From: Candidatus Eiseniibacteriota bacterium
GTDB lineage: Bacteria > Eisenbacteria > RBG-16-71-46
Direction of reading: 5' to 3'
Assembly: GCA_963707915.1 (NCBI GenBank)
Contig: OY970178.1
Coordinates: 2,816,001-2,880,000 of the forward strand
Length of the DNA stretch: 64,000 bases
Below are positions 1 through 10,600 of this stretch, in pieces. Made by a program: the position numbers and the translations under genes. The notes beneath the pieces are model-generated. The model did no database searches. It was not told the DNA's origin and saw nothing but the letters and a program-made list of their open reading frames with translations. Each line of letters starts with the position of its first letter. Position 1 is the stretch's first letter.

Positions 1-109
1 CAGGCGCCAGCCAGGCCGGTCCCGAAGGGCGCCCCGCCGGGGAAGGGGGGCGCACGTCGTCGTCGAATCGCTCGCTCGTGGTCGATCCTCCGGCGCCGGT
101 TCGCGCCAT
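1..109 (-). CDS. 5' end of a gene running off the window edge (MARTGAGGSTTSERFDDDVRPPSPAGRPSGPAWLAP...)
   Basis: ATG at 109-107 with an open frame to position 1; TAGTAT -10-like hexamer on the minus strand at 155-160. Too short to identify. Confidence 0.3.
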   Translation of the reverse strand, partial: MARTGAGGSTTSERFDDDVRPPSPAGRPSGPAWLAP

Positions 110-319
110 GGCTCGCTCGTTCGTCGGTCCGCCCGGGAACCCCGGTCCGGGGGCATACTACCGCGGCTCGTAACCTCGTCGCCGGCCCGACGGATCCCCC
201 AGTCCGTGACGGGAACCCGCCGCAGGTGGTTGAGGGGCCGCCTCGGTGGAAGGGCCGGTCCGACGAGGACCGCCGCACCGTCGTCGGATGCGCTATCGTA
301 CGCGCGAGGAGGTGTGACC

Positions 320-1123
320 GTGAGGATCCCCCGTCCGCTGTTCGGCCTCGTGCTCGCGCTGTCGCTCCCGGCGCTGGTGCCTCCGGCTGCCGGGGCTGCG
401 CGCCGGCCCGCCCGGGTCGTGCGCGACACGGCGATGGTGACCATCCCCGCCGGCGGGTTCGTGATGGGCGTCGAGGGGAGCGGCGACAACAGTCCGAGGC
501 ACGACGTGCGCATCCGCGCCTTCGCCATCGACCGCTACGAGGTGACGAACGCCGAGTACGAGGCGTTCTGCCGGGCCACCTCCCGCAAGCTGCCGTTCTT
601 CTGGGGGCTCGACCGCTTCCGCTCGGGCGCGAAGTACCCCGATCACCCGGTGGTCGGCGTGAGTTCGGGCGATGCGCGGGAATACGCGAAGTGGCGCGGG
701 AAGCGGCTCCCCACCGAGGCCGAATGGGAGTACGCCGCGCGCGGCGGGCTCGCGGGCGCGAGATACGTGGACGGCAACACGCTGGACTCCTCGAAGACGA
801 ACTTCACGCGCTCGAACCAGGACGGTCCGGTCGCGGTCGGCTCCTACGCCCCCAACGGCTACGGTCTCCACGACATGGCGGGCAACGTCCAGGAGTGGGT
901 GGCCGACCGGTACGGCGTCGAGTACTACGCCGCCAGCCCGGTGGAGGATCCACGGGGGCCGGAGAAGGGCAGGTTCCGCGTGGTCCGCGGCGGCGGCTGG
1001 TACACCGGGCCGATGTGCATGGACGTGGCCCTGCGCTACGCCCTGCCCGCGAACTGGGTGGACTTCAACGTCGGCTTCCGCTGCGCGCGGGACCTGGAAC
1101 CGGGCACGGCGCGGAAGGAATAG
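320..1123 (+). CDS. Exported formylglycine-generating-enzyme (FGE-sulfatase/SUMF1) domain protein
   Basis: Motifs IPAGGFVMG, YEVTNAEY, RLPTEAEWEYAARGG, PNGYGLHDMAGNVQEW, RGGGW, GFRC; N-terminal signal-like segment; AGGAGG at 307-312 favours GTG 320 as the start. Confidence 0.9.
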   Translation: MRIPRPLFGLVLALSLPALVPPAAGAARRPARVVRDTAMVTIPAGGFVMGVEGSGDNSPRHDVRIRAFAIDRYEVTNAEYEAFCRATSRKLPFFWGLDRFRSGAKYPDHPVVGVSSGDAREYAKWRGKRLPTEAEWEYAARGGLAGARYVDGNTLDSSKTNFTRSNQDGPVAVGSYAPNGYGLHDMAGNVQEWVADRYGVEYYAASPVEDPRGPEKGRFRVVRGGGWYTGPMCMDVALRYALPANWVDFNVGFRCARDLEPGTARKE

Positions 1124-1136
1124 GACCGGCCTCGTC

Positions 1137-1952
1137 TCAGTCGGCCGCCACCGGCGCGCCGCCCTCCGCCACGGGCGCGGGCGGCGGCACCTCCTCCTCG
1201 GGCCGGAGGTGGAAGATGCGCGAGAGCTCGCTGCGCAGCTCGCCGCTGTCGAGGCGCTGCCGGAGCGTCCCGCGGTACGCGATGGAGATGCCGCCGCTCT
1301 CCTCGCTCACCACCACGATCGCGGCATCGGACTCCTCGGACAGGCCGAGCGCGGCGCGATGCCGGGTGCCGAGATCGGCGTCCGTCTTGGGGTTCGACGA
1401 GAGCGGCAGGATGCAGGAGGCCGCCACCACCGAGTCCTCGCGCAGGATGACCGCGCCGTCGTGCAGCGGCGAGCCCGGCGCGAACAGCGTCACCAGCAAC
1501 TCGGCGGTGACCTTCGCGTCCAGGCGGGTGCCGGTCTCGACGAAGTTCCTCAGGCCGGTGTTGCGCTCGACGACCAGCAGCGCGCCGTGCCGCTTCTTGC
1601 CCAGCGTCTCGGCCGCGCGCACCACCTCGCCCAGCACGCCGAAGGAGTCGCCGCGCAGGAACGAGCGGAAGTAGCGCGTGCGCCCGAACTGGGCGAGCAC
1701 GTGCCGCAGCTCGGGCTGGAACAGGATGACGAAGGCGATGAGCCAGATGGTCTTGACGCTGTCCACGATCCACTTGACCGCGATCAGGTCGAAGGCGCGC
1801 GCGAACAGTCCCACCAGCACGATGATCAGCAGTCCGACGTACATCTGTCCCGAGCGCGTGCCCTTCACCAGCACGAGGAGCCGGTAGAAGAGCAGCGCGA
1901 CGAGGAAGATGTCGAGCAGGTCGAGCAGCCAGATCTGGTGGACGGGCGTCAT
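1137..1952 (-). CDS. cdaA: Membrane diadenylate cyclase (c-di-AMP synthase), CdaA/DacA type
   Basis: 3' part of ORF 1137..4226; three N-terminal TM helices, ILFQPELR, DAC motifs PLHDGAVI and GTRHRAALG; typical position downstream of folP. Confidence 0.93.
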   Translation of the reverse strand: MTPVHQIWLLDLLDIFLVALLFYRLLVLVKGTRSGQMYVGLLIIVLVGLFARAFDLIAVKWIVDSVKTIWLIAFVILFQPELRHVLAQFGRTRYFRSFLRGDSFGVLGEVVRAAETLGKKRHGALLVVERNTGLRNFVETGTRLDAKVTAELLVTLFAPGSPLHDGAVILREDSVVAASCILPLSSNPKTDADLGTRHRAALGLSEESDAAIVVVSEESGGISIAYRGTLRQRLDSGELRSELSRIFHLRPEEEVPPPAPVAEGGAPVAAD

Positions 1953-1985
1953 GGTCGGTCCCCGCGGTGGAGCGTTCCGGCGGCG

Positions 1986-1994
1986 AGAGTAGCA
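1986..1994 (-). promoter_or_regulatory. Extended -10 element (TG-C-TACTCT) upstream of cdaA
   Basis: Minus strand reads TGCTACTCT about 35 nt upstream of the cdaA ATG. Confidence 0.4.
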
Positions 1995-2011
1995 GATGCG
2001 CGCGGACCCGC

Positions 2012-2872
2012 CTACGGCCGCCGGGCCTCGCGCAACGCCTCGGCGATGCGTGCGGCCCGCACCGTGGCCGCCACGTCGTGGGTGCGCAGGATGCTCGCCC
2101 CGAGGAACACGGCGACCGCGCCGGCTGCGAGCCCGCCCTCGAGCCGCTGGTCCACCGGCAGGTCGAGGGCCCGGCCGATGAAGCTCTTGCGGGAGACCCC
2201 GACCAGCAGGGGGCGGCCGAGGGGCTTCAGCTCGTCGAGCCGGGCGAGCAACTCGAAGTTGTGACGCACGGTCTTGCCGAATCCGATGCCGGGGTCCAGC
2301 GCGATGCACGCGGGGGACACCCCGGCCGCACGCGCCGCCGCGAGCCGGTCGGCCAGGTGCCCGCGCACCTCGCGCGCCACGTCCTCGTAGTGCGGGTCCC
2401 GCTGCATGGTGGCGGGCGTGCCGGCCATGTGCATCAGGACCAGGCCGGCCCCGCGGCGGGCGACGACCGCGGCCATGCCGGGATCGGCGAGCGCCGTCAC
2501 GTCGTTCACGACCCGGGCGCCCAGCTCGAGCGCGCGGTCGGCGACCTCGGCGTTCGCGGTGTCCACCGACAGGCAGGCGCTGGGTTCGTCGGCGAGGGCC
2601 TCGATCACCGGCGCCAGGCGCCGGAGCTGTTCGGCCGCGCTCACCGGCCCGGCCCCCGGCCGGGTGCTCTCGGCTCCCACGTCGACCAGGTCGGCGCCCT
2701 CCGCCAGCAGCCCGCGCGCGTGGGCGATGGCGGCCCCGGGGGAGAGGGTGCGTCCCCCGTCCGAGAACGAATCGGGCGTCACGTTGACCACGCCCATGAC
2801 CAGCACGCGCGCGGACAGGTCGAAGACCCGGTCGCGGCAGCGCCAGGCCAGCCCTCGCTCCTCCGCCGACAT
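2012..2872 (-). CDS. folP: Dihydropteroate synthase
   Basis: MGVVNVTPDSFSDGG, DVGAESTRPG, DPGIGFGKT, GVSRKSFI, RTHDV motifs. Confidence 0.95.
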   Translation of the reverse strand: MSAEERGLAWRCRDRVFDLSARVLVMGVVNVTPDSFSDGGRTLSPGAAIAHARGLLAEGADLVDVGAESTRPGAGPVSAAEQLRRLAPVIEALADEPSACLSVDTANAEVADRALELGARVVNDVTALADPGMAAVVARRGAGLVLMHMAGTPATMQRDPHYEDVAREVRGHLADRLAAARAAGVSPACIALDPGIGFGKTVRHNFELLARLDELKPLGRPLLVGVSRKSFIGRALDLPVDQRLEGGLAAGAVAVFLGASILRTHDVAATVRAARIAEALREARRP

Positions 2873-3038
2873 CCCTTCCCTCCTTGTCGGGGCCGGGGCC
2901 GGCCCCCGGCCTCCTCCGAGCCGCCGGTCCCCACCCGCGTTGACCTGTGGGGGGCCGGATGGTAGCACTTACCGGACTCTGTCCGGGCGTATTCGACCCG
3001 GACTGATGCCGTCCATCCCTTCGAGGAGGTCGTACCTC

Positions 3039-4520
3039 ATGAGTGGGTCCCAGCGCGCGCTCCTTGTCCTCGTCCTTGCGGCCCTTGGTGCCGCCCCGGC
3101 CGCCGCCCAGATCACCGGGCACCCCTACGAGTTCTCGGGTGGGGCGGGCTATTTCAACTACGACGTGCGTGCCCAACTGAAGGACAACCCGGCCTACACC
3201 GGCTCGCTCGGCTGGCGGCTCATGCCGTGGATGTCGCTCGAGGGGCAGGCGACCTTCGGTCCCACCAAGCTGGACCGGGTCCCGCAGGACGTCGCGCAGA
3301 ACTTCACCTACGCGGGCCTCGACGCCCGCTGGAACCTGCGCCCGGCGGACGGGCACATCGTGCCGTTCCTCCTGACCGGGATGGGCTACGGCATGAGCCA
3401 CAACGGCAACGCGGCGCCGCAGAAGCTCGAGCGCGGCGCCGGCAACGTGGGCCTGGGCGCCTTGTGGACGCTGGGCGCCTCGCAGCGCACCTACCTGCGC
3501 CTGCAGGTGCGCGACTTCTTCTTCCGCGAGCGCGGGGCCGAGGAGTTCTCGAACCACTTCGCCGCGACCCTGGGCCTCACCTACGTGTGGCGCGGCAAGG
3601 AACGCGACCAGGACCTGGACGGCGTGCGCGACTGGCTCGACAAGTGCCCGAACACGCCGATCGGCGCCAAGGTGGACAAGAACGGCTGCCCGCTGGACGG
3701 TGACGGCGACGGGGTCTTCGACGGCCTGGACAAGTGCCCGGACACGCCCAGGGGCTGCAAGGTGGACAAGACCGGCTGCTCGATCGACTCCGACGGCGAC
3801 GGGGTCTGCGACGGCGTCGACCAGTGCCCCGACACGCCGAAGGGCGCGACGGTGGACGCGAAGGGCTGCCCGAGCGATTCCGACGGCGACGGCGTGCTGG
3901 ACGGCATCGACCAGTGCCCCAACACGCCCAAGGGCTGCACGGTGGACGCGAAGGGCTGCCCGAGCGACGCCGACGGCGACGGCGTCTGCGACGGCGTCGA
4001 CCAGTGTCCGGACACGCCGGCCGGCCTCAAGGTGGACGAGAAGGGCTGCCCGATCGAGGTGATCGAGCGTGAGACCGAGCTGATGGACACCGGCAAGATC
4101 CGGCTCCAGAACGTGAACTTCGAGACCGGCAAGGCCGAGTTGAAGCCCGAGTCCTTCCCCACGCTCGACGCGGTGGGCACCGTGCTCTCGCAGTGGCCGC
4201 AGCTGAAGATCGAGATCGCGGGCCACACGGACGACGTGGGGGGCGCTGCGGTGAACCGGCGGCTGTCGCAGGCGCGGGCCGCTTCGGTGCTGTCGTACCT
4301 CAACGCGAAGTACCCGGCGATCGACGGCACGCGGTTCACCGTGAAGGGCTACGGCAAGGACCGGCCGCTGGTGCCGAACACCAGCGACGAGACCCGGGCG
4401 ATGAACCGCCGGGTCGAGTTCACCGTGCTCAACAAGGAAGTGCTCAAGAAGGAGATCGAGCGCCGGCGGCTGCTGAAGCAGGGCGAGGCCGCGCCGGTGG
4501 ACTCGACCGTCACGCCGTAG
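3039..4520 (+). CDS. OmpA-family outer-membrane protein: signal peptide, N-terminal beta-barrel, thrombospondin type-3 repeats, OmpA C-terminal peptidoglycan-binding domain
   Basis: GAGGAGG RBS; signal peptide ending AAA-Q; DxDGDGVxD repeats; NFETGKAEL, GHTDDVG, LSQARA, NRRVEF. Confidence 0.93.
   Translation: MSGSQRALLVLVLAALGAAPAAAQITGHPYEFSGGAGYFNYDVRAQLKDNPAYTGSLGWRLMPWMSLEGQATFGPTKLDRVPQDVAQNFTYAGLDARWNLRPADGHIVPFLLTGMGYGMSHNGNAAPQKLERGAGNVGLGALWTLGASQRTYLRLQVRDFFFRERGAEEFSNHFAATLGLTYVWRGKERDQDLDGVRDWLDKCPNTPIGAKVDKNGCPLDGDGDGVFDGLDKCPDTPRGCKVDKTGCSIDSDGDGVCDGVDQCPDTPKGATVDAKGCPSDSDGDGVLDGIDQCPNTPKGCTVDAKGCPSDADGDGVCDGVDQCPDTPAGLKVDEKGCPIEVIERETELMDTGKIRLQNVNFETGKAELKPESFPTLDAVGTVLSQWPQLKIEIAGHTDDVGGAAVNRRLSQARAASVLSYLNAKYPAIDGTRFTVKGYGKDRPLVPNTSDETRAMNRRVEFTVLNKEVLKKEIERRRLLKQGEAAPVDSTVTP
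3606..4055 (+). repeat. Five tandem 90-bp (30-aa) TSP3-like calcium-binding repeats inside the OmpA gene
   Basis: Unit DxDGDGVxDGxDxCPxTPxGxxVDxxGCPx starts at 3606, 3696, 3786, 3876 and 3966. Confidence 0.9.
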
Positions 4521-4552
4521 GAGCCCGGAGGCCGCATCCCGGGAGGACCGGA

Positions 4553-4595
4553 ACGGGGCGTCGGCGCCTGCCGCGGGCAGGTGCCGGCGCCCCGT
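4553..4595. terminator. Long GC-rich hairpin between convergent genes (likely terminator)
   Basis: acggggcgtcggcgcctgcc-gcg-ggcaggtgccggcgccccgt; about 20-bp stem with G-U pairs. Confidence 0.55.
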
Positions 4596-4599
4596 CCGT

Positions 4600-5907
4600 T
4601 CAGGTCTTCTGCTTCTTCTTCTCCGCCGCGGGGAACAGCACGTTGTTGAGGATGAGCCGGTACCCCGGCGAGTGCTTGACCTTCGACAGGTCGGTCGCCG
4701 GGTCGCCCACCCGGTGCTGGAAGTCCTCCGGGTCGTGGCCGCCGAGGAAGGTGAACGTGCCGCGGCCGAACTGCCCGTGCAGGTACTTCACCTCGTCCGC
4801 GCCCTCGACCTCGCCCAGCACCAGCACGCCGCTCTTGATGAACCGCCGGTGGAAGCCGGTGGTCTGCCCGAGGAAGTCGAGCACGGCGTTGGCGTGGTCC
4901 TGCACCAGCATCGTGGGCACGGGGTCGTTCTTGGCCGAGAAGTCGAACAGCGTGAAGAAGGCGCCGGGCCCGCGGGTGTCGGCCTCCAGCGTCACGTCGA
5001 TGTCCGAGAAGCGGTAGAGATACGGGTCCAGGTCCAGGTGGAAGTCCCGGAAGGCGAGCGTCTGCGTGAAGTCGAGCCTGGCCTGCGCCTGCGGATCGGG
5101 CGGGTCGCCGTCGTAGACCACGTCGGCGATGTCCACGCCGGCGGCGGCCAGCGCGATGTCGTACGTGTCGGTGGCCGAGCACATGCCGAACATGAACCCG
5201 CCGCGCCCGATGAAGTCCTTGACGGTGCGGGCCACGGCCGCCTTGAGCTGGGTCACCTTCGCGAAGCCCATCTTCGCCGCCATCGCCTTCTGCACCCGCT
5301 CCTCCTCCTGGTACCAGGGGAAGGTGTGGTAGGCCGCGTAGAACTTGCCGTGCTGCCCGGTGAAATCCTCGTGGTGCAGGTGGAGCCAGTCGAACCGGGC
5401 GAGCCCGCCGCGCAGCACCTCCTCGTCCCACACGCGGGTGTAGGGGATCTCGGCGTAGTCCAGGGCGAGGGTCACCGCGTCGTCCCAGGGCTGCGTGTTG
5501 GGAGGGATGTACACGGCGATCCTCGGCGGCTTCTCCAGCCCGACCGCCTCCATGTTGTTGTCGGCGATCTCGGCGCGCATGTCCGCTTCCGCGGCCCCGC
5601 CCATGGGCTCGAGCGAGACGCCGCGCACATTGGCCTCCCGCTCGATGGCCGGATCGTCGGGCAGCAGGAACGAGCCGGCCCGGTAGTTGAGCAGCCACTC
5701 GGCCTTCTCGCCCTGCTGGAGCACCCAGTAGGTCAGGCCGTAGGCCTTGAGGTGGTCGGTCTGCCGGTCGTCCATCGGCACGAGCCACTTCGCCTGCGCC
5801 GTCGCGGCGGCGAGCACCAGCGCGACGAGCGCGGCGGCGAGCCCGCGCCCGGCCGACGCACCCGCGCCCGGCGCCCGTCGTCCCCCGTCCCGGATCCCTC
5901 GCGTCAT
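4600..5907 (-). CDS. Exported conserved protein of the FCB family usually labelled 'asparagine synthetase B'; class I glutamine-amidotransferase-like fold
   Basis: Signal peptide followed by LVPMD..Q.DHLKAYG..YW.L....WLLNYR.GSF, QPWDDAVT, HLHHEDFTGQ, GGFMFGMCSATD, GGHDPED, GYRLILNNVLFPAA. Lacks the N-terminal Cys/Ntn domain of true AsnB. Confidence 0.8.
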   Translation of the reverse strand: MTRGIRDGGRRAPGAGASAGRGLAAALVALVLAAATAQAKWLVPMDDRQTDHLKAYGLTYWVLQQGEKAEWLLNYRAGSFLLPDDPAIEREANVRGVSLEPMGGAAEADMRAEIADNNMEAVGLEKPPRIAVYIPPNTQPWDDAVTLALDYAEIPYTRVWDEEVLRGGLARFDWLHLHHEDFTGQHGKFYAAYHTFPWYQEEERVQKAMAAKMGFAKVTQLKAAVARTVKDFIGRGGFMFGMCSATDTYDIALAAAGVDIADVVYDGDPPDPQAQARLDFTQTLAFRDFHLDLDPYLYRFSDIDVTLEADTRGPGAFFTLFDFSAKNDPVPTMLVQDHANAVLDFLGQTTGFHRRFIKSGVLVLGEVEGADEVKYLHGQFGRGTFTFLGGHDPEDFQHRVGDPATDLSKVKHSPGYRLILNNVLFPAAEKKKQKT

Positions 5908-5917
5908 CTCGTCCTCC

Positions 5918-7657
5918 TCACAGGGCCGGGCGGCCGCGGCGGAGCCGCTCGGCCACGCGCCTCACCTCGGGGGCGTTCCAGGCACGCGGGTAGCGCGCGA
6001 GGCACTCCTCGTACTGGACCAGCGCGGCGCGCTCGTCCCCGAGCCGGGAGCGATACAGGTCGCCCGCGCGCTGGCGCGCGAGCGGCGCGAGCCGGTCGTC
6101 GGGCAGCGAGTCCGCCACCGCCAGCAGCGGGCCCAGCGCCGCGCGCGCGTCGCCTGCGGCCTCGAGCTGGGAGGCGAGCAGGAGCGAGGCCTGTGCCCAG
6201 AGCGCCCCGCGCGGCATCGACCGCACCAGCGAGTCGGTCAGCGCCAGGGCGTGCCGGCGGTCGTCGCGCCACTCCTCGTAGGCGATGCGCCCGAAGACCG
6301 CGAGCGCGGCGCGCGGCTCGGCGTCCTCGATCAGGTACGTGCGCTCGAGGGCGGCGCCGCGGAACGGCGCCTGCGGGAGCGCGGCGATCCGCTGGTAGAG
6401 GCCCAGGGCCGAGTCGCTCCGGCCCGCGAAGAAGAGCGCCTCGGCGTAGTGCCACAGGCCCTCCGGCATGGTCCCGGCCAGCGCGGCGAGCCGCGGCAGC
6501 GCGCGCTCCGGCGGGCCGTCGCGCAGGTCGGCGAGGGCCTCCTCGAGGTCGAGCTGGGGCAGCGCCGCGGGCGGTGCGGCGCCCGAGCGGAGCAGCGCCC
6601 GCGCCTCGTCGGTGTGGCCGGCCTCGCGCAGCCCGCGCGCGATCGCCACCAGGAAGTCGGCGGGCCAGCGGGCCACGGGGACGCCGTGGAGCGCCCGGGC
6701 CAGCGCGGGCGCGGCCTCGTCCCCGGCGCCGCGCGCGCACTGCAGCGCCCAGGCCTCCTGCGCCGCGGTGAGGCGCCAGACCGCGTCGAAGCGGCCTCCG
6801 CCCGCGAGCGCGGTCAGCGCCGCCGCCGCCGCGCCCGAGTCGCGGGCGGCGCCGGTGGCGGTCAATTGCCGCGCGAAGCTCCAGAGGAGCGGCGGCCGCA
6901 CCGGGCCGGGCCGCTCGGCGTGCTCGAGGGTCGAGAGCGCCGTCGCGAGGTCGCCGGCGCGCCAGTCGAGCATGGCGCAGGCCCGGATCAGGTCCGTGCG
7001 GCCGGGCCGGGCGTCGGCGGCGCGGCGCATCAGTTCCCGCACGCCGCGCGCGTCCGCGGGCGCGAGGCGGACCACGGTCTCCTGGGCCCACCCGGCATCG
7101 AGCGGCGCGGCGATCCAGGACTCGAGCGCGACCGCGGCCGCGTCGCGCGGGCGGCCGAGGCGCTCCAGCGCGAGCGCGAGCTCGCGGGCCACCATCAGCG
7201 AGTCCCGCTGGGCGGAGCGTTCGGCGCGGCCCAGCCGCTCGGCGCCGGCGAAGTCGCGGCGCGCGAGCAGCAGGCGCGCCTGCTCGGTCACCACCGCGGG
7301 ATGGTGGGGGATCTCGGCCAGCAGCGGCGCCAGCGCGGCGCGGGCCTGCTCCAGGCGGCCGTTCCCGCGCAGTTCCTGCGCGTGGCGCAGGCGGGCGGCC
7401 TGGGCGCCGGAGAGCGGCGGCATGGGACGCTGGGCCACCGGCGCCAGTTCGCCCTCTTCCAGCCCCCGCGCGACGAGGAGCCCGGGGGCGACCTGCCGGA
7501 ACTCGACCGGGCGCCCCGCCGCCTCGGGGACGATCCACTCGACGCCGGCCGAGTCGACGGTCTGCGCGGTGGCGCGAGGTGCGGGAGCGGCCAGCAGCGC
7601 GACGGCGCCCGCGATCCCGGCCAGCCGCCGCAGTCGGCGTGACGCGCGCGGCCTCAC
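5918..7657 (-). CDS. Exported tetratricopeptide-repeat (TPR) protein
   Basis: Signal peptide; Ala/Leu-rich helical repeats; C-terminal APLARQRAGDLY...ALVQYEECLARYP TPR-like motif; GTGA overlap with the upstream gene. Confidence 0.7.
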   Translation of the reverse strand: MRPRASRRLRRLAGIAGAVALLAAPAPRATAQTVDSAGVEWIVPEAAGRPVEFRQVAPGLLVARGLEEGELAPVAQRPMPPLSGAQAARLRHAQELRGNGRLEQARAALAPLLAEIPHHPAVVTEQARLLLARRDFAGAERLGRAERSAQRDSLMVARELALALERLGRPRDAAAVALESWIAAPLDAGWAQETVVRLAPADARGVRELMRRAADARPGRTDLIRACAMLDWRAGDLATALSTLEHAERPGPVRPPLLWSFARQLTATGAARDSGAAAAALTALAGGGRFDAVWRLTAAQEAWALQCARGAGDEAAPALARALHGVPVARWPADFLVAIARGLREAGHTDEARALLRSGAAPPAALPQLDLEEALADLRDGPPERALPRLAALAGTMPEGLWHYAEALFFAGRSDSALGLYQRIAALPQAPFRGAALERTYLIEDAEPRAALAVFGRIAYEEWRDDRRHALALTDSLVRSMPRGALWAQASLLLASQLEAAGDARAALGPLLAVADSLPDDRLAPLARQRAGDLYRSRLGDERAALVQYEECLARYPRAWNAPEVRRVAERLRRGRPAL

Positions 7658-10600
7658 CGCGAGCTCCCGCGGTTCAGCGCGCGCAGGTAGGTCTCGATGA
7701 AGGCGCGGTACTGCGACGGGTAGCGGTCGGCCTGGGCCTTGAGCAGGTCGAGCCGCAGCCGGTCGCTCTCCCGCAGCAGCTCGGCGGGCAGCGCCGCCGG
7801 CGCTTCGCGCGCGGCGTCCTCACCCGGTCGCGACTCGCGGCGGGGCTCGAAGTCCTGCCGGTTGATCGAACGCTGGGCGTCGAGCATCCGCGAAAGGATG
7901 TGCTGCTGCTGCTGCTCCACCTCGTCCCCGAGACGGCCCTCGCGCAGCGCCTCCTCGACCTGCTTCATCTCCTCGGCGGTCTGGTCGAGCCGCCCGAGGA
8001 GCTGCCGCCGCTGGCGGTCCTCCTGCTCGATCCGCCGGAGCTCGTCGTGGATCCGCGCCTGCTCCTGGGCCAGCCTCCGCAGCTCCTCCTGGTCGCCGCC
8101 CGTGAGCCGCGCCTGCTCGGTCAGGCGCTGTCCCAGCGTGCGCGTTCGTCCGTTCAGCTCCGCCTGCTGGTTGCCGAGCTGGTCCATGCGCGCGGGCAGC
8201 GTGCCGCCGGGCTGCTGGCCCTGGCCCGGGGTCTGGCACATCGAGCTCTCGGTCTGGCGCAGCTGCAGGACGGCCTCGACCAGCGCGCTGGCGCCGGCGC
8301 GCGCCGCCCCCTCGCCGCCGGCGCGGTCGCTCTGCCCGAACTTCGTGCCCGACTGCTGCAGGCTGTTGATGGCGCGGCCCAGCGCCTCCGAGAGCTTCGG
8401 CGTGATGAAGGGCGACTTCTTCCCGAGCGTGGCGAGCGAGTCGGCGACGCGGGCCGCGCCCTCGGAGAGGTCCGTCTGGCGGTCCGCCCGCTCGCTCGCG
8501 GGGGAGTTGTTCGGGCCGAGTCCCGCCTCGACGGCGCGCTGCAGCGAGACCAGGTCCTGGGCGGAGCGCCGCACGGCGGCGAGGTCCACCTGCTGCCGCT
8601 GCTGCTGCAGGGCGTTCGAGAGCCGGCCGAGCTGGTCCGACGCCCGCTGCAGGCTCCGGCTCGCGCGCTGGCCCGACGTGCCGGCCCGGGCCTGCTGGTT
8701 CTCCGCCCGCGCCTGCGCGGCCTCGCGCTGCGCGGGCGCCGCCTCCTGCTCGAGCTCCTGCGCGGCCTCCTTCAGCCCGGACTGCGCCTGGGGCTCGCTC
8801 ATCTGCTGTCCGAGTTGCTGCGCCTCGCCGGCGAGGCGCTCGGTCTCGGCGGCGGCCTGCCGCTGCTCCTCCGCCTGCGCCTGCGCGTCCGCCTTCCGCT
8901 CGGTCTCCTGGTTGAGGGCGTCCTGCCGGGCCTTCAGCTCCGCGGCGCGCTGGGCGAGGGCCTGCAGACGCTCCTCCTGCCGCAACCGCTTCAGCAACTC
9001 GAGCGTGCGCTCGAGGTTCTTCAGCAGCAGCTCGTTCTGCTGCCGCCAATCCTGGAGCCCCGGCTCCGGCGGGCGGCGCGGGGTGTTCTCGAGCGCCTCC
9101 TGCAGGCGGCGCATCGCATCCTTGAACTCCTGCGACTGGATCTGGTCCATGACCTGGGCCAGCTCGCGCAGCTTGCGGGTGAGTTGCTCGTCGAAGGCGC
9201 GACGCTCGGTGGCCTGCTGCAGCCCCTCGCGCAGCTGGCGCGAGGCCTCGTCGATCTGGCGGGAGAGGTCCTGCTGGCGGTCGAGCGCGCTCTTGACCTC
9301 CTCCTGCCGCTCGAAGGAACGCGGGCTGCCGGTCGCCGGCGCGGGCGCCTGGCGGGCCAGCTTGTCCAGCGACTTCTGCAGCTCCTGTGCGCGGTCCGCG
9401 ACCTTCTCGAGCGCTCCCTGCACCGTTTCCTGGCCGTGCTCCAGGTCCTGGTAGAGCTCCCCGAGCGACGGGAAGCGCAGCCGGTAGGTGGCGCTGGTCG
9501 CCACGCCGCGCCCGCCTTCGGCGTCGTCGAACAGCTGGAAGCGGAAGCTCGCGCCCTGCCCCGGCAGCAGCGCGAGCGGGGCCGCGTCCCAGCGGGCGGC
9601 GACCCGGGCCTCCCGCGGCCCGCCCGCGAATCGCGCCAGCGTCAGGTCGGTCCACCGGGCGTCCGCGTCCCTGCGCACCTGCAGTCTCAGCTCGGTCAGG
9701 CCGAGATCGTCCTGGCCGAGCACCTCGTAGGGCACCTGCTGGCCGCCCGGCAGGTCCAGGTCACCCTCGGGAACGCGCACGGTGAGGATCGGGGGGGCGT
9801 CGGCCAGCGGCTGGATCGGGTAGCGGAATCGTCCTTCGCCCGCCGGGCCGCCGCCGGGCGCGCCGGCGCGCGCGCGCAGCTCGTACTCGCCCGGCCGCCG
9901 GATGGTGATCTCGCCGTGCCAGCGCCGCGGGTTGAGCGCCCTCCACGGCCGCGCCGGCTCGCCCGGGGCGGCCGCCTCGAGCGCCGCCAGGTCGCGGTCG
10001 AAGAGCACCTCGACCAGCGCCCGCGAGCCACGCAGCGCGGTCAGGTCGCCGCGCGTGGCCGCGCCGCGCTGCACCGGCAGCCGCGCGTAGGCGGGGGGGC
10101 GGATCTCGATCTCGAAGCTCGTCGGCTGGGGGATGCCGGCGAGCGTCACGCGGTAGCGCGGGCTCTCGATCCCGGCGACGCGCACGCGGTAGTCGATGGC
10201 ACGGGTGAGCTGGGTCAGGTCGAATCGCCACGACCGCTCGCCGCCGGCGCCCACGCCCTCCGGGGTCGGGTCCAGCGCGGGCCCGCCCCGCAGCAGCCGC
10301 GGGCGCGCGGCGGTGCCCCAGACCCGCGCGCGCACCGCCAATGCGGTGCCGGGCGTGACGGTCACCGAGCCGGGCTCGACCTCCAGACGCACCGGCGGCG
10401 CGGCCGCGCGCGGATCGAGCAGCGTGTGCCACGAGCGCCCGGTGCGCGCCGGGAACGCGAGCCCGAGCGCGGCCACCACCGCGAGCGCGATCCCCATGGT
10501 GGCGAGTGGACGGCGTGCCTCGAGCGCGGGCCGCAGGGCGGCGAGCGGCACTTCCGCCAGCCGGCGGGACGTCTCCTCGCCCAACGCCCGGGCCAGCTCG

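Noticed and set aside
1137..1952. Cyclic-dinucleotide synthase as an anti-phage (CBASS-like) component
   Set aside because: It is a housekeeping DAC-family CdaA in the usual folP-cdaA context, with no effector genes nearby.
3606..4055. 90-bp periodic DNA repeat as a possible array or mobile element
   Set aside because: Fully explained by coding TSP3 repeats within the OmpA gene.
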